Below, one piece after another: positions 1 through 9,999 of a stretch of DNA of 64,000 nucleotides. This DNA is from Chloroflexia bacterium. GTDB taxonomy: Bacteria; Chloroflexota; Chloroflexia; QHBQ01; JAICKM01. The notes under the pieces are model-generated. The model saw only the letters and a list, made by a program, of their open reading frames with translations, was not told the DNA's origin and did no database searches. The position numbers and the translations under genes were made by a program. Where the stretch lies: positions 8,248 through 72,247 of the forward strand of contig JBPCPV010000040.1 in the NCBI GenBank assembly GCA_050998805.1, read 5' to 3'. Position 1 is the stretch's first letter. Each line of letters starts with the position of its first letter.

Positions 1-1
1 C

Positions 2-1339
2 GCCACCCAGTTCTACTTGCTCTGCGACGCTAAGGGCCTGCTGGTGATCAACGCCGCATACGTCTTCGAGGAGCAGTTCCTCAGAAAATACGCCAAGCGC
101 CGGCCCGGCATTCGGCTGCACCATATCACCGTCACCGGCTCGGATTTCCTGTTCACCCATCTCTCCCGTGAGGAGGCCGCCGACTTCCGCCAACTGGTCA
201 ACGACTTCCAGGCCGTCTTGACCGACTCGCGCAGCCATGCGCGCATCGTCCGCTTTGCCCCCACCGACCTGCCGGCCGTGACGGTGCTGACCGCCGACAG
301 CCGCCTCCGCCGTCAGCTGGAAGACACCCGCCGCTCCGCCACCCTGCCCGACTCGGTGCGCGACCTGGCGGGGCGGCTCGCCGAAGAACGCACCCCGGTG
401 CCGACGGTACTGCACCTGAACGCCGACAACCCGACGATCCGCCAGATGGCGGCCCTCGCCCGCCATCCCCAACCTGACCGCGCGGCCTACGATGCCGCTA
501 TCGGCGCGATCTACAACAACGCGCTGCTGCTCGCCCAGCACCAGGTGACGCCTGAGAACGCCAAGACCCTGTTCAACAGCTTCAGCCGCGTCATCGCCCT
601 GCTGATGGACCCCGCTCACCGGGCCGAAGCACAGCACGAAGCCATCTCACACCCCGCGCCGGAGCCAGACACAGCAGCCCCTAGCCGCCCCGTCACCTGC
701 GCCATCCTCGCTCCTGACTCCGACGATGGCCCCTTTCCATATCGCTCGGTGCTGCTTCCCGCTGTGCGCGCTGCCCTGGAAGGGGCACCCTATTATTGGC
801 GCGTGTTGCCCGCTGCACATCCAGGTACACCGCCTGCCGACCCCGACACGCAGGCATCGGCGGACGACTGTGATCTCTACCTCGCCGATATTTCGGACCG
901 AGACCCTTCCGTGTTGATGCAGCTCGGCTACCTTCGCTGGGCCAGGCCCACCTGCCCCGGCATAGTGCCAGCACGCGCCGGAACCGGCCGCCCACCCCGC
1001 GATCTCGACGGCCTGCTATTCCTCACCTACCCGGCTGCGACCGGAGACGGCGCCGCCGCAGAGATCGCCGAGGAGCTGCGGATCGCGCTCCGGGGACATG
1101 ACGCGCTTGAACGGCTTGCCGAGAAGAGGCCGCATTACCTGTCGCCCCTGGTCCTCCATCAGCAGCTCGATGTGGATGCCCCGGTCGCCGGCCTCCTCGC
1201 GGCGGCATATCCCACGATGGAGAGCTTCGTCGCCGCCGACACCGAGAGCGTGGTGAAGCGTGTGCCCGGCCTCACACGCAGCCTGGCGCGCGGCCTTAAA
1301 GCCGATATAGCCGACCTGCTACAGACGATCCGCGCTTGA
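2..1339 (+). CDS. HSP90/HtpG-family protein, 5'-truncated by the window edge, with C-terminal nucleoside-deoxyribosyltransferase/TIR-like Rossmann domain and HhH-like tail
   Basis: Frame open from position 2. [13 protein letters not shown] resembles the HtpG C-terminal LELNxxHPxI motif. [21 protein letters not shown] resembles the NDT/TIR-like 'D..IAD.S..NPNV..ELG' motif. Confidence 0.6.
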   Translation, partial: ATQFYLLCDAKGLLVINAAYVFEEQFLRKYAKRRPGIRLHHITVTGSDFLFTHLSREEAADFRQLVNDFQAVLTDSRSHARIVRFAPTDLPAVTVLTADSRLRRQLEDTRRSATLPDSVRDLAGRLAEERTPVPTVLHLNADNPTIRQMAALARHPQPDRAAYDAAIGAIYNNALLLAQHQVTPENAKTLFNSFSRVIALLMDPAHRAEAQHEAISHPAPEPDTAAPSRPVTCAILAPDSDDGPFPYRSVLLPAVRAALEGAPYYWRVLPAAHPGTPPADPDTQASADDCDLYLADISDRDPSVLMQLGYLRWARPTCPGIVPARAGTGRPPRDLDGLLFLTYPAATGDGAAAEIAEELRIALRGHDALERLAEKRPHYLSPLVLHQQLDVDAPVAGLLAAAYPTMESFVAADTESVVKRVPGLTRSLARGLKADIADLLQTIRA

Positions 1340-1455
1340 CGGATGGCTCGGATCTTGCACATAAACCCCTGGCCCCAGAGTCGGGGCCGTCGGCTTCACG
1401 AACCGGGCGCGCCCACCAGAGCTGGCGCCCAACATCAGCAAAGGACGGTCTAATA

Positions 1456-2073
1456 ATGCCTTTCGAACTTCCACCATTACCCTACAGCTTCGATGCGCTC
1501 GAACCCAACATTGACGCACGCACGATGGAGATCCACCACGACAAGCACCACGCTACTTACGTTACCAACCTCAACAAGGCGCTTGAGGGCCTGCCCGAAC
1601 TCTCTAGCATGAGCGTCGAGCAGCTGATCCAGAACCTCGACAAAGTGCCCGAAGACAAGCGCACCGCCGTCCGCAACAACGGCGGCGGCCACGCCAACCA
1701 CAGCATGTTCTGGCTGATCATGAAGCCGAACGGCGGCGGCGCGCCGACCGGAGCTATTGCCCAAGCGATCAACTCGGCCTTCGGCAGCTTCGACGCCTTC
1801 AAGGAGAAGTTCAACGCCGCCGGTGCGACCCGCTTCGGCTCAGGCTGGGCCTGGCTCACGGCCGGCAAGAATGGCGAACTCAGCGTCACCTCCACCCCGA
1901 ACCAGGACAGCCCTCTCATGGACGGCGCGACCCCGATCCTCGGCTGCGATGTCTGGGAGCACGCCTACTACCTCAAGTACCAAAACAAGCGCCCCGACTA
2001 CATGACCGCCTGGTGGAACACCGTCAATTGGGACGAAGTGAACCGCCGCTACGCACAGGCCGGCGGCGGCTGA
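1456..2073 (+). CDS. sodA: Superoxide dismutase, Mn-type
   Basis: [10 protein letters not shown] start after AAGGAC RBS; [23 protein letters not shown] metal-ligand motifs. Confidence 0.97.
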   Translation: MPFELPPLPYSFDALEPNIDARTMEIHHDKHHATYVTNLNKALEGLPELSSMSVEQLIQNLDKVPEDKRTAVRNNGGGHANHSMFWLIMKPNGGGAPTGAIAQAINSAFGSFDAFKEKFNAAGATRFGSGWAWLTAGKNGELSVTSTPNQDSPLMDGATPILGCDVWEHAYYLKYQNKRPDYMTAWWNTVNWDEVNRRYAQAGGG

Positions 2074-2087
2074 GAGCATGTCGAAAA

Positions 2088-2169
2088 GGGGGCCTATGTG
2101 GGAGCCGGTTTCAAATAGGCTCCCACATAGGCCCTTCTGTAGGAGCCTATTTGAAACCGGCTCCTACAG
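2088..2169. repeat. Pair of inverted GTAG/GTGG-type REP-like hairpins between convergent sodA and pckA; probable bidirectional terminator
   Basis: GGCCTATGTGGGAGCC-loop-GGCTCCCACATAGGCC, then CTGTAGGAGCC-loop-GGCTCCTACAG; the two loops are reverse complements. Confidence 0.75.
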
Positions 2170-3750
2170 CACGTTCTTGACCTCGTCCGTCACCTCGTCG
2201 GTGAATGGGGTGAAGTTCGTGCGGAAGCGTTCCACCAGGTCACGCGCCTGCGCGTCGTATGTGTTGCCGTCCGCCCAGGTGTTGCGGGGGACGAGCACCT
2301 CCGCCGGCACGCCGGGGCAGCTCACCGGTACGTCGAAACCGAAGACCGGGTCGCGCCGCATCTCCACCCCGGCCAGCTCGCCGTTGATGACCGCGTGTAC
2401 GATGGCGCGCGTGTACGCGATGCTCATCCGCTTGCCGGTGCCGTATGCCCCGCCGCTCCAGCCGGTGTTCACCAGCCAGACATCGGTCCCGTGCTTCTCC
2501 ATCCTCTCGCCGAGGAGCTGCGCGTAGACCATCGGCGGCAGCGGCAGGAAGGGTGCGCCGAAGCACGCGCTGAACTCGGCCTGCGGCGCGGTCACTCCCC
2601 GCTCGGTGCCCGCCAGCTTCGCCGTGTAGCCCGACAGGAAGTAGTACATCGCCTGCTGCCGGTTCAGCTTGGCGACCGGCGGCAGCACCCCGAAGGCGTC
2701 AGCCGACAGCATCAGCACGTTGCGCGGGTGGCCGCCCGTGCCGGTCGGCGAAGCGTTCGGGATGTACTCAATCGGGTAGGCCGAGCGGGTGTTCTCGGTC
2801 AGCGATTGGTCGGTTAGGTCGAGCACGCGGCTCACCGGGTCCATCACCACGTTTTCCAACACCGTGCCGAATGCATGGCTCGCGCTCCAGATAGCCGGCT
2901 CTGCGGTCTCCGACAGGTTGATCACCTTCGCGTAGCATCCGCCCTCGAAGTTGAACACGCCCTTGTCGCTCCAGCCGTGCTCGTCGTCGCCGATCAGCAC
3001 ACGGCTTGGGTCCGCGCTCAACGTCGTCTTGCCGGTGCCCGACAGCCCGAAGAAGAGGGCCACGTTTTCCCCGCCGGCGTCGCTGTTCGCCGAGCAGTGC
3101 ATGGCGACCACACCACGCACCGGCAGGTAATAGTTCATCACGGTGAACATGGACTTCTTGATCTCGCCGGCGTAGGCCGTGCCGCCGATCAGGATCAGGT
3201 GCTTGTCAAGGTTCAGCAGGATGAATGTCTCGCTGCGGGTGCCGTCGCGGGCGGGGTCGGCCTTGAAGCCCGGCATATCGATCACCGTAAAGGTCGGCTC
3301 GAAGTTCGCCAGTTCCTCCGGGGTCGGGCGTATGAAGAGGTTGCGCGCGAACAGGTTGGCCCACGCGCTCTCGGTCACCACCCGCACCGCCAGCCGGTAC
3401 TCGGGGTCCGCGCCGACAAAAAGATCCTGCACAAACACATCTTTGCCGGCGATGTAATCAAGCATCCTCTTGTGGATGTCGTCGAACTTCGCCTCGTCGA
3501 ACGGCTGGTTGACCGGCCCCCACCAAACCTTGTCCTGGCTCGACACCTCCTTGACCACGAACTTATCTTTCGGCGAGCGCCCGGTATACTGACCGGTGCT
3601 TACGACGAGCGGCCCGGTGCGTGCCAGGCTGCCTTCGCCCCGGCGGATAGCCTCTTCATAAAGCGCGGCGGCGGGTTCGTTCGTCTGGGCCGAGCGCGCG
3701 TTCTGAATACCCTGGCCCTCCGCCTCTGTGGGGCGGCTAATAGTCTGCAT
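2164..3750 (-). CDS. pckA: Phosphoenolpyruvate carboxykinase (ATP)
   Basis: TGRSPKDK, GLSGTGKTTLS P-loop, LIGDDEHGW and FEGGCYAK motifs. Confidence 0.98.
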   Translation of the reverse strand: MQTISRPTEAEGQGIQNARSAQTNEPAAALYEEAIRRGEGSLARTGPLVVSTGQYTGRSPKDKFVVKEVSSQDKVWWGPVNQPFDEAKFDDIHKRMLDYIAGKDVFVQDLFVGADPEYRLAVRVVTESAWANLFARNLFIRPTPEELANFEPTFTVIDMPGFKADPARDGTRSETFILLNLDKHLILIGGTAYAGEIKKSMFTVMNYYLPVRGVVAMHCSANSDAGGENVALFFGLSGTGKTTLSADPSRVLIGDDEHGWSDKGVFNFEGGCYAKVINLSETAEPAIWSASHAFGTVLENVVMDPVSRVLDLTDQSLTENTRSAYPIEYIPNASPTGTGGHPRNVLMLSADAFGVLPPVAKLNRQQAMYYFLSGYTAKLAGTERGVTAPQAEFSACFGAPFLPLPPMVYAQLLGERMEKHGTDVWLVNTGWSGGAYGTGKRMSIAYTRAIVHAVINGELAGVEMRRDPVFGFDVPVSCPGVPAEVLVPRNTWADGNTYDAQARDLVERFRTNFTPFTDEVTDEVKNVL

Positions 3751-3862
3751 TTCAACCTCCTTGTTGATGCGAGCATGTTAAATGAGCGTTCAGCAGTCGG
3801 CTGCCGGCTTCGGGCCAGCGTCTGCTCAACGCTCTATTATACACCAAATTGGGAGTTTTGCT

Positions 3863-5092
3863 CTACTTCGACGCCTGCTCCAATGTCTGCCGCGCATCCT
3901 TAGCATAGATCATCGAGAAGTTCGGGTTCACCGCGAGCGCCTGCCCCAGCCGTGCCCGCGCTTCTGCGTGGTCCCCGCTGCGGTACGCGATCATGCCTGC
4001 GTGGTAGAAAAACAGCGCGTCCTGCGTGCCCAACCTCAGCGCCAGCTTCTCATATTGCTGCGCCTCTTGCTGCCGGCCCGCCTGCGACAGCGCCCAGGCC
4101 AGCGTATCGGCTGCCTTCACGCTTGGCCGATCCGCATAGGCTATGCGTGCCTGCGCGAGCGCCGCATCCGGCTTGCCGTGATCCGCCTCGAAAAGCGCCA
4201 TCTCCATATCGGTGTTCACCCCGTTCGCCTGGAAGAGCTTCTGCTCCACCCGCACCAGGTCGTACTGCTTCGCGGCCGCTGAGGTCTGCCCTGCCGCCTG
4301 CTCCGTCTCGCCGAGCGCGATCACGAACTCAGGCAGCGGCACGCTGTTGATCGCCTGGTTGTAGAGGCCCACGGCTTCGCTATAGCGGCCCTGCACCGCG
4401 CGCACATGTCCCAGCCCCGCGAGCGCATACCTGTATCCGGGGAACTGCACAAGCGCGTGCTGGTACTCCTGTTCGGCTGACGCGATGTCGCCCTTGTTGA
4501 AATAGAGGTTGCCGAGTTGAACCCGCACCCAGCCGACGTTCTCCGGCGTCGGCGCGCCCGACTCCACAGCCTGCTGCATCAGCTCAATCGCCCCCGAAAT
4601 GTCGCCGTTGAGTTCGCGCACATAAGACGCCCGACTGTATGAGCTTAGGTCGGGCCGCATATCAATCATATCCTGCACAGACTTCGCCGCATCGTCATAC
4701 ATCCCAAGCTCCACCTCGCCGTCAACGATCAGACTCAGGATCGCCGCGCGGTGCGGGTCGAGCACAAATGCCTGTCGGCCCAGCGCCAGCCCGTCCTTGA
4801 ACTGGTGCCTCGATAGCGCGAGCGACCCCTTGCCGATCAGCGCGTCCACGTTCTGGGAGTCAATAGCCAGCGCCTGGTTGAATGCAGTCTCGGCGCGCCC
4901 ATAGTACGTCGGGTCGCCGGTTTCGCGGGCTTTCTGAAGAAAGCCCAGCCCGCTCGTCGTGTAGGTCTTCGCTTCCGACGGGTCATGGAACACACTTACC
5001 GCCCCGAAGAGCCGTCCCCCGAACGTCACAGCCACAGCCACCGCCAGCACGACCAACGCCAGCATCAGCCCCTTGTGTTTCAACAGACTCAT
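3863..5092 (-). CDS. Tetratricopeptide-repeat protein with N-terminal membrane anchor (DUF4331-associated)
   Basis: Hydrophobic N-terminus, TPR-like helical repeats, directly downstream of a DUF4331 gene. Confidence 0.85.
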   Translation of the reverse strand: MSLLKHKGLMLALVVLAVAVAVTFGGRLFGAVSVFHDPSEAKTYTTSGLGFLQKARETGDPTYYGRAETAFNQALAIDSQNVDALIGKGSLALSRHQFKDGLALGRQAFVLDPHRAAILSLIVDGEVELGMYDDAAKSVQDMIDMRPDLSSYSRASYVRELNGDISGAIELMQQAVESGAPTPENVGWVRVQLGNLYFNKGDIASAEQEYQHALVQFPGYRYALAGLGHVRAVQGRYSEAVGLYNQAINSVPLPEFVIALGETEQAAGQTSAAAKQYDLVRVEQKLFQANGVNTDMEMALFEADHGKPDAALAQARIAYADRPSVKAADTLAWALSQAGRQQEAQQYEKLALRLGTQDALFFYHAGMIAYRSGDHAEARARLGQALAVNPNFSMIYAKDARQTLEQASK

Positions 5093-5236
5093 TGCTCCGA
5101 CCCTTTCTCGTATTGCATATTGCGTGCTAGGTGTTACGCACTACGTACTACGTGTTGTGTGTCGCGTGTCGCGTCTGGATATTCTCCCTACGCAACACGT
5201 AACACCCAACATGTAGCACGCACTACGCACTACGTT

Positions 5237-6754
5237 CTACTTCTGGCCGTTCTCGATCGCCAGCGCCTTGCGCTCGGCGCCCGATATAGTGTGGTGTAAC
5301 GGGTCGTAGCCTTGCCACGGGCTGGCGACATACGGGAACGAGGTCAGGAACGGCTTGTCGTTCGTGTTCACCCCGTCGCCCAGCATATCTTGCGGGTTGT
5401 TGTCGGGCAGGCCGAACATAGAGTGCAGGATCGGGCCGTAGCCTTCGCCTACCACCCGCAGTTCGATGTCCACTACATCGTCGGTCAGGCGGCGACCGTT
5501 CGGGAAGCCGTCGAACTGCCCGGCGAGCAGGCCAAGCCGATCCGGGGCCGCCGACGGCGGGATCGTCATGTTCAGTCGCAGCAGGTCGGCCTTCTTGTTG
5601 CCGGTGAAGTTAAGCCCCGGGAAGCCGGTCAGCAGGATAGTCACCAGATCCTGGCGGTTCGTCGTGCGGGCCGGGGTGGTGATCGCCGGGCTGTAGAGGT
5701 AGTTCTCCAGGCCCGCCAGTTCGGGGTTGAGCGCGTTCGACAGGAACTGCTTGTCGCTCGCAGGGGGCTGGCTGTTCCAGAAGTCCTTCTGCCCAACGTG
5801 GGTGACGACTTCGTTGATCAGCGGGTTGGCGAGCCGCGAGATCTGCACGAAGTTGCCCGAGTAGTTCACGGTGCCGTTTGTTCGCAGCACACGCACCGCC
5901 TGGCGGCTCGCGTTGGCGAAGACGCCGATGGTGCCGGTGCTCGATGTTGGAGGCTGGTGGTCCCGCGTCAGGTCGGTCATCGGAACCTGCATGATGATGC
6001 TGTGTACGTTGAAGCCCTTGAGGCCGTCAATGCCCACGGTGTCGGTCAGCGGGATGATGTGGTAGGGGTTGAACGGTCGCAGGCCACCGAGGTCGAAGAT
6101 CGACCCGAGGTCCACGAAGAAGGGATCGTCGCGCTGGCCGGCGAAGAACTTGCGGTTGCCGACCGTGTTGATCGCCTGGGCCGCGAGGGTATCGTAGTTG
6201 GGGGTAGAGCGCGGGCCGATGTTCACCGGCGGCTCCGGGAGGTTCGTGGCGAGTACTTGCGAAGTCCCCCCCTCGATGCGGGTCACCGAGTAGAACTGCT
6301 TGATGTTCCAGTTGGGGCTGCTGATCGAAGTGATCGGGCCTGTGGCGTACAGGAAGGTGTTCGGGTTGCCGATCACCGTGTTGAACCGGAACTGGTAGAC
6401 GATGTCGGCCTGTGCATCGCCGGTGTTGTCGATCCGGAGCTCGTACTGCACATTATCGCCGAAGGCGGCGAAGTTCGGCCCGCCGTTCGGCTCTTCGAGC
6501 GGTATATAGTTAGCGACGATCGTGACCGTGTTCGTCACGTCGGGGCTGACGAATGCGTAGACATCGGTGTTGTCGGCCTGTGGGTCGCCGCTGATGAGCG
6601 GCGCTTCACGGTGGCTCGACGCGGCTGCGGGGTGCGCGGGGCTGCCGACCACCATCAGGGCCAGCGCCGACAACAAGATGCCGATGCTCGCCAGGGTAGT
6701 CGCGATCCCCTTCATGCCCCCGAAGCTGTTATTCAGACGTTGCTTCGTGTTCAT
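5237..6754 (-). CDS. DUF4331 domain secreted protein
   Basis: SSHREAP, GQRDDPFFVDL and FPNGRRLTDDV motifs; signal peptide; ATG 6754 with AGGAG RBS. Confidence 0.9.
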   Translation of the reverse strand: MNTKQRLNNSFGGMKGIATTLASIGILLSALALMVVGSPAHPAAASSHREAPLISGDPQADNTDVYAFVSPDVTNTVTIVANYIPLEEPNGGPNFAAFGDNVQYELRIDNTGDAQADIVYQFRFNTVIGNPNTFLYATGPITSISSPNWNIKQFYSVTRIEGGTSQVLATNLPEPPVNIGPRSTPNYDTLAAQAINTVGNRKFFAGQRDDPFFVDLGSIFDLGGLRPFNPYHIIPLTDTVGIDGLKGFNVHSIIMQVPMTDLTRDHQPPTSSTGTIGVFANASRQAVRVLRTNGTVNYSGNFVQISRLANPLINEVVTHVGQKDFWNSQPPASDKQFLSNALNPELAGLENYLYSPAITTPARTTNRQDLVTILLTGFPGLNFTGNKKADLLRLNMTIPPSAAPDRLGLLAGQFDGFPNGRRLTDDVVDIELRVVGEGYGPILHSMFGLPDNNPQDMLGDGVNTNDKPFLTSFPYVASPWQGYDPLHHTISGAERKALAIENGQK

Positions 6755-6813
6755 CTCGAACTCCTCTGCTCTGGTGTTAGGTTGGTGAATGTCCATCTGC
6801 TCCTTGACTCCGC

Positions 6814-8124
6814 TCATGGCCGTGGCTTCAGCGGTATCGGCGTTGGGGCCGCCGCGCATGGAGTGTTCTGGACGTTCGCCTGGTAGACGATCTTGGAGAT
6901 CTGGCCGCGAGTGGCATTGTTGACCGGCTTGAACGTGCCGTCATTGTATCCCGATACCCAGTCGTAGCAGGCTGCGGTTTCGACGAACTGGTAGAACGGG
7001 TCGCTCGGCGGCACATCGCTGAAGCTCGGCGTCGCCGGGTTGATCGTCCCCACGCCGGCCGCGTTCACGATCATCTTCGTGAGTTGGCCGCGCGTGATGT
7101 AGTTGTATGGTCGGAACGTGCCGTCGCTGTAGCCGCTGAACACATTGAAGAGCTTACCGGCCTCGATGTACTGGTAGAACGGGTTACTCGGCGGCACATC
7201 GCTGTAGCTCGGAGTCGCGGGCGGGGGTAGGAGCGGTACGTTCAGACCCAACACCGCGATCTTAGCCATTTGGCTGCGCGTCGTGAAGTTGTACGGCCTG
7301 AATGTGCCGTCGCTGTAGCCGGAGATCGTCCCCTTGCAGAAGAGATACTGCACCGGCAGGTAGAAGTAGTCGCTCTGATGTACGTCGCTGAAGTTGATCG
7401 GGCATGTCGTCGCCTGCGGGCTGGGAACCAGCGTCGGCAGCGGAACCGTCGTCGGAGTAGCCTCAGGGGCTGCCCCCGGATTAGCCAGACCCCACGAGAG
7501 CAACGTACCGATGTCTTCGGCAGTCGTATCGTTTAATTCGAGGGTCCAGATACCGGCGATCGGTGTGCCGTCGAACGCTGCCAGTGAGCCTAGCGGCTTG
7601 TAGGTGCCGCCGCCCGGCGGGCAGACATCGCCTATCTGGGCTACCGCCCCATCCGATAGGTTGAAGTTGGTGTTGCCGGCGTTCTCCTCGATCCCCCCGC
7701 AGGCCGCGTTGAACAACTGCACGCGCGTTCCAAGGGGGCTGATCAAGTAAACGTTCAGGTCGCCGGGGAAGGTATCCGAGATCGAGACGTTGATGACCTC
7801 GAGGTTCGAGACCACGCCCACGTCTACGATCGTCAGTGTAGATGTAACGGTGCCTGTATCCGGCACCGTCTTAGGCACATCTGTGCTCATGTAGTTGGTC
7901 AGCGGAGCAGCCGCGCGAGGCTGTGCTGCTATGCTGTAGGAATGCGATCCGGCCCTCGTGCTTGCGAAGGCACCGCTTGATGCGAACCCTATCACTGCCA
8001 GCAGGGCCAGCACGGGCAGCAAGATCCACCAGCGGTTCTTTTGCACTAACATATCCAGTCTTCCTCTCTGATATATGGCGACCCTTTCTCTGTATCGTCG
8101 CTTGAACTCTCTATTGTCGAGCAT
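6814..8124 (-). CDS. Secreted protein with proprotein-convertase P-domain and C-terminal S-layer homology (SLH) repeats
   Basis: DLNVYLISPLGTRVQL and GIWTLELNDT (P-domain); three GYSDGTFRP..TRxQ SLH repeats. Start 8124 or 8052. Confidence 0.85.
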   Translation of the reverse strand: MLDNREFKRRYRERVAIYQRGRLDMLVQKNRWWILLPVLALLAVIGFASSGAFASTRAGSHSYSIAAQPRAAAPLTNYMSTDVPKTVPDTGTVTSTLTIVDVGVVSNLEVINVSISDTFPGDLNVYLISPLGTRVQLFNAACGGIEENAGNTNFNLSDGAVAQIGDVCPPGGGTYKPLGSLAAFDGTPIAGIWTLELNDTTAEDIGTLLSWGLANPGAAPEATPTTVPLPTLVPSPQATTCPINFSDVHQSDYFYLPVQYLFCKGTISGYSDGTFRPYNFTTRSQMAKIAVLGLNVPLLPPPATPSYSDVPPSNPFYQYIEAGKLFNVFSGYSDGTFRPYNYITRGQLTKMIVNAAGVGTINPATPSFSDVPPSDPFYQFVETAACYDWVSGYNDGTFKPVNNATRGQISKIVYQANVQNTPCAAAPTPIPLKPRP

Positions 8125-8292
8125 ACCCTCCTTTCCTGAATTAATGCGTACAACTATAGGATGCCCGTACTGTCGGGGGGCATCCGCGACTCCACTATCC
8201 AAAGGGTTTACCCATTGACGCCCCATTCGGATTTCGATTTTCCACCCATCTTACATCCGCATAAGTTGAGTCCCGCTATGAAGGCAAACGAC

Positions 8293-9285
8293 TTACCCCA
8301 ATATCTCGCCCAGCACCCGCAGGTAGTTCCCTCCACGCAGCGCCGCGATGGTCTCGGCGGAATATCCCCGCTCGGCGATGGCGGTATAGAGCCGGGGCAG
8401 GTTCCCCACCTGCTCGAGGCCCGGCGGCAGGCCCTCGCCGATGCCGCCGTAGTCTGTGCCGAGGGCCACATGCTCAGGCCCCGCCACCTCCAGCAGGTGG
8501 TCGTAGTGCGCGACTAGCGTATCGAGCGTGACGGGGGTGCCATGCGGGGCCAGGAAGTCGTTCGCGTAGAACACGCCGATCAGCCCGCCGCTCGCGGCCA
8601 CAGCCCCGATCTGGTCGTCTTCGAGGTTGCGCGGGTTCGGGCAGAGCGCCGCGCACGCTGTGTGGGTCACGATCACCGGCGAGGTGCTAGTCTCCAAGAC
8701 GTTCCAGAGGCCGCGCCTGTTGAGGTGCGCGCCGTCTATCACCATCCGCAGGCTGTTCAGCTCACGCACCAGCGCGAAACCCTCCGGCGTCAGCGCCTCG
8801 CCCGGGTCGCCGAACACGCCGGTCGCGTATGCGTTCGAGCGATTCCAGGTGAGACCGAGCGAGCGCAGCCCCGCCTCGTGCAGCGCGCCCAGGTGTTCCG
8901 GCCCCGCGATGCCCCGCGCGCCTTCGCAGTGGAGCAGCACGCCGAAGGCAGCCTCGCCTCCGGCTGCGGCCGTCGAGCGAAGGTCGGAGGCGTCCAAGAT
9001 CAGGCGATATTCGGGGTTGCCGCCGACCCAGGCCAGATAGCGCGCCATCAACTCGTCCACCTCGTCGGCACAGGCCGCCGGCTCATGTTCATCGAGCATC
9101 TCGCCGACGCCGAAGATCGCCCAGAACGAGGCGTCCACCTCACCGGCCCGCAGGTTCGGCAGGTCGAGTTGCGCCCCCTCCCAGCCCGCGTCGAATGCCG
9201 CCGTCCCGCCATGCGCGGCGGCATAGTAGATCGCGTCTTGGTGGCCGTCCATCGTGAAGGGGTGGGGCATATAGGTTTCTGTCAT
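8293..9285 (-). CDS. Membrane dipeptidase (peptidase M19 family)
   Basis: DGHQD, LHCEG, LTWNRSN, IDGAH, HVALGTDYGG amidohydrolase/M19 motifs. Confidence 0.9.
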   Translation of the reverse strand: MTETYMPHPFTMDGHQDAIYYAAAHGGTAAFDAGWEGAQLDLPNLRAGEVDASFWAIFGVGEMLDEHEPAACADEVDELMARYLAWVGGNPEYRLILDASDLRSTAAAGGEAAFGVLLHCEGARGIAGPEHLGALHEAGLRSLGLTWNRSNAYATGVFGDPGEALTPEGFALVRELNSLRMVIDGAHLNRRGLWNVLETSTSPVIVTHTACAALCPNPRNLEDDQIGAVAASGGLIGVFYANDFLAPHGTPVTLDTLVAHYDHLLEVAGPEHVALGTDYGGIGEGLPPGLEQVGNLPRLYTAIAERGYSAETIAALRGGNYLRVLGEILG

Positions 9286-9995
9286 GGGCGGGAGAGCTCC
9301 TCTTTCAGGCGCAGAAGCGCCTCGGTAACCGTTGTTGGGTTTCGCATCATCTCGAAATGGGTGCCTGGCACCTGGATCATGGGCCAGCCCGCAGCCCTTG
9401 CCTCTGCCGCCGGAGCGTCATACACCGGGCTGAATTGGATGTAGCCGCAAGGAGCGTCGGGCCAGCCGTCGAATACCGGGATAAGCTCCTCGTAGACGGC
9501 AAGCGGCAGAGGCTGTAGCTCCGCGACGAAGCGCCGCCGCAGCGCCGGGTCGAGGATCTCTTCCGCCAGATCCTCATCGGTCCAGGTGGGCAGCAGGCCG
9601 TTCCGGGCCGACCGGCGGAACTCCGCAGCCGCAACCGGGTCATCAAAGAGGTCGAGGCGGCTCTTGCTGTCGCTGGGGAGGCCAGCATCCACGAAGACGT
9701 ATCCGGCGACAGGACGGCGGAGAGCCGCCCGCACCGCGGGGAGCAGCACGCCCGCACCGCTGTGGCCCACCAGCGCCGGCGGTTGGTCGGGGGCTGCGGC
9801 CTCCACCGCCTCGACAACAGCCGCCACATGCTGCCGCCAATATGCCAGTCCGCCCGCTTCGGTTGTCCGCAGGGCGGGCACTATAGCGGTCGCGCCTCGC
9901 CTCCGCAGTTCTTCGGCAGTCGGCTGCCAGGTCAGAGGCCCTACAAAAGGGCTGTGGATCAGGATAAAGGCTGCAATCGGGGGCGTCGTGGTCGT
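9282..9995 (-). CDS. Alpha/beta hydrolase; conserved N-terminus lies upstream of the first canonical start (GTG 9881)
   Basis: GHSGAG nucleophile elbow, YVFVDAGLP, GTHF. The in-frame upstream sequence reads FILIHSPFVGPLTWQPTAEELRRRG with no ATG/GTG/TTG before it. Confidence 0.7.
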   Translation of the reverse strand, partial: TTTTPPIAAFILIHSPFVGPLTWQPTAEELRRRGATAIVPALRTTEAGGLAYWRQHVAAVVEAVEAAAPDQPPALVGHSGAGVLLPAVRAALRRPVAGYVFVDAGLPSDSKSRLDLFDDPVAAAEFRRSARNGLLPTWTDEDLAEEILDPALRRRFVAELQPLPLAVYEELIPVFDGWPDAPCGYIQFSPVYDAPAAEARAAGWPMIQVPGTHFEMMRNPTTVTEALLRLKEELSRP

Positions 9996-9999
9996 GAAG

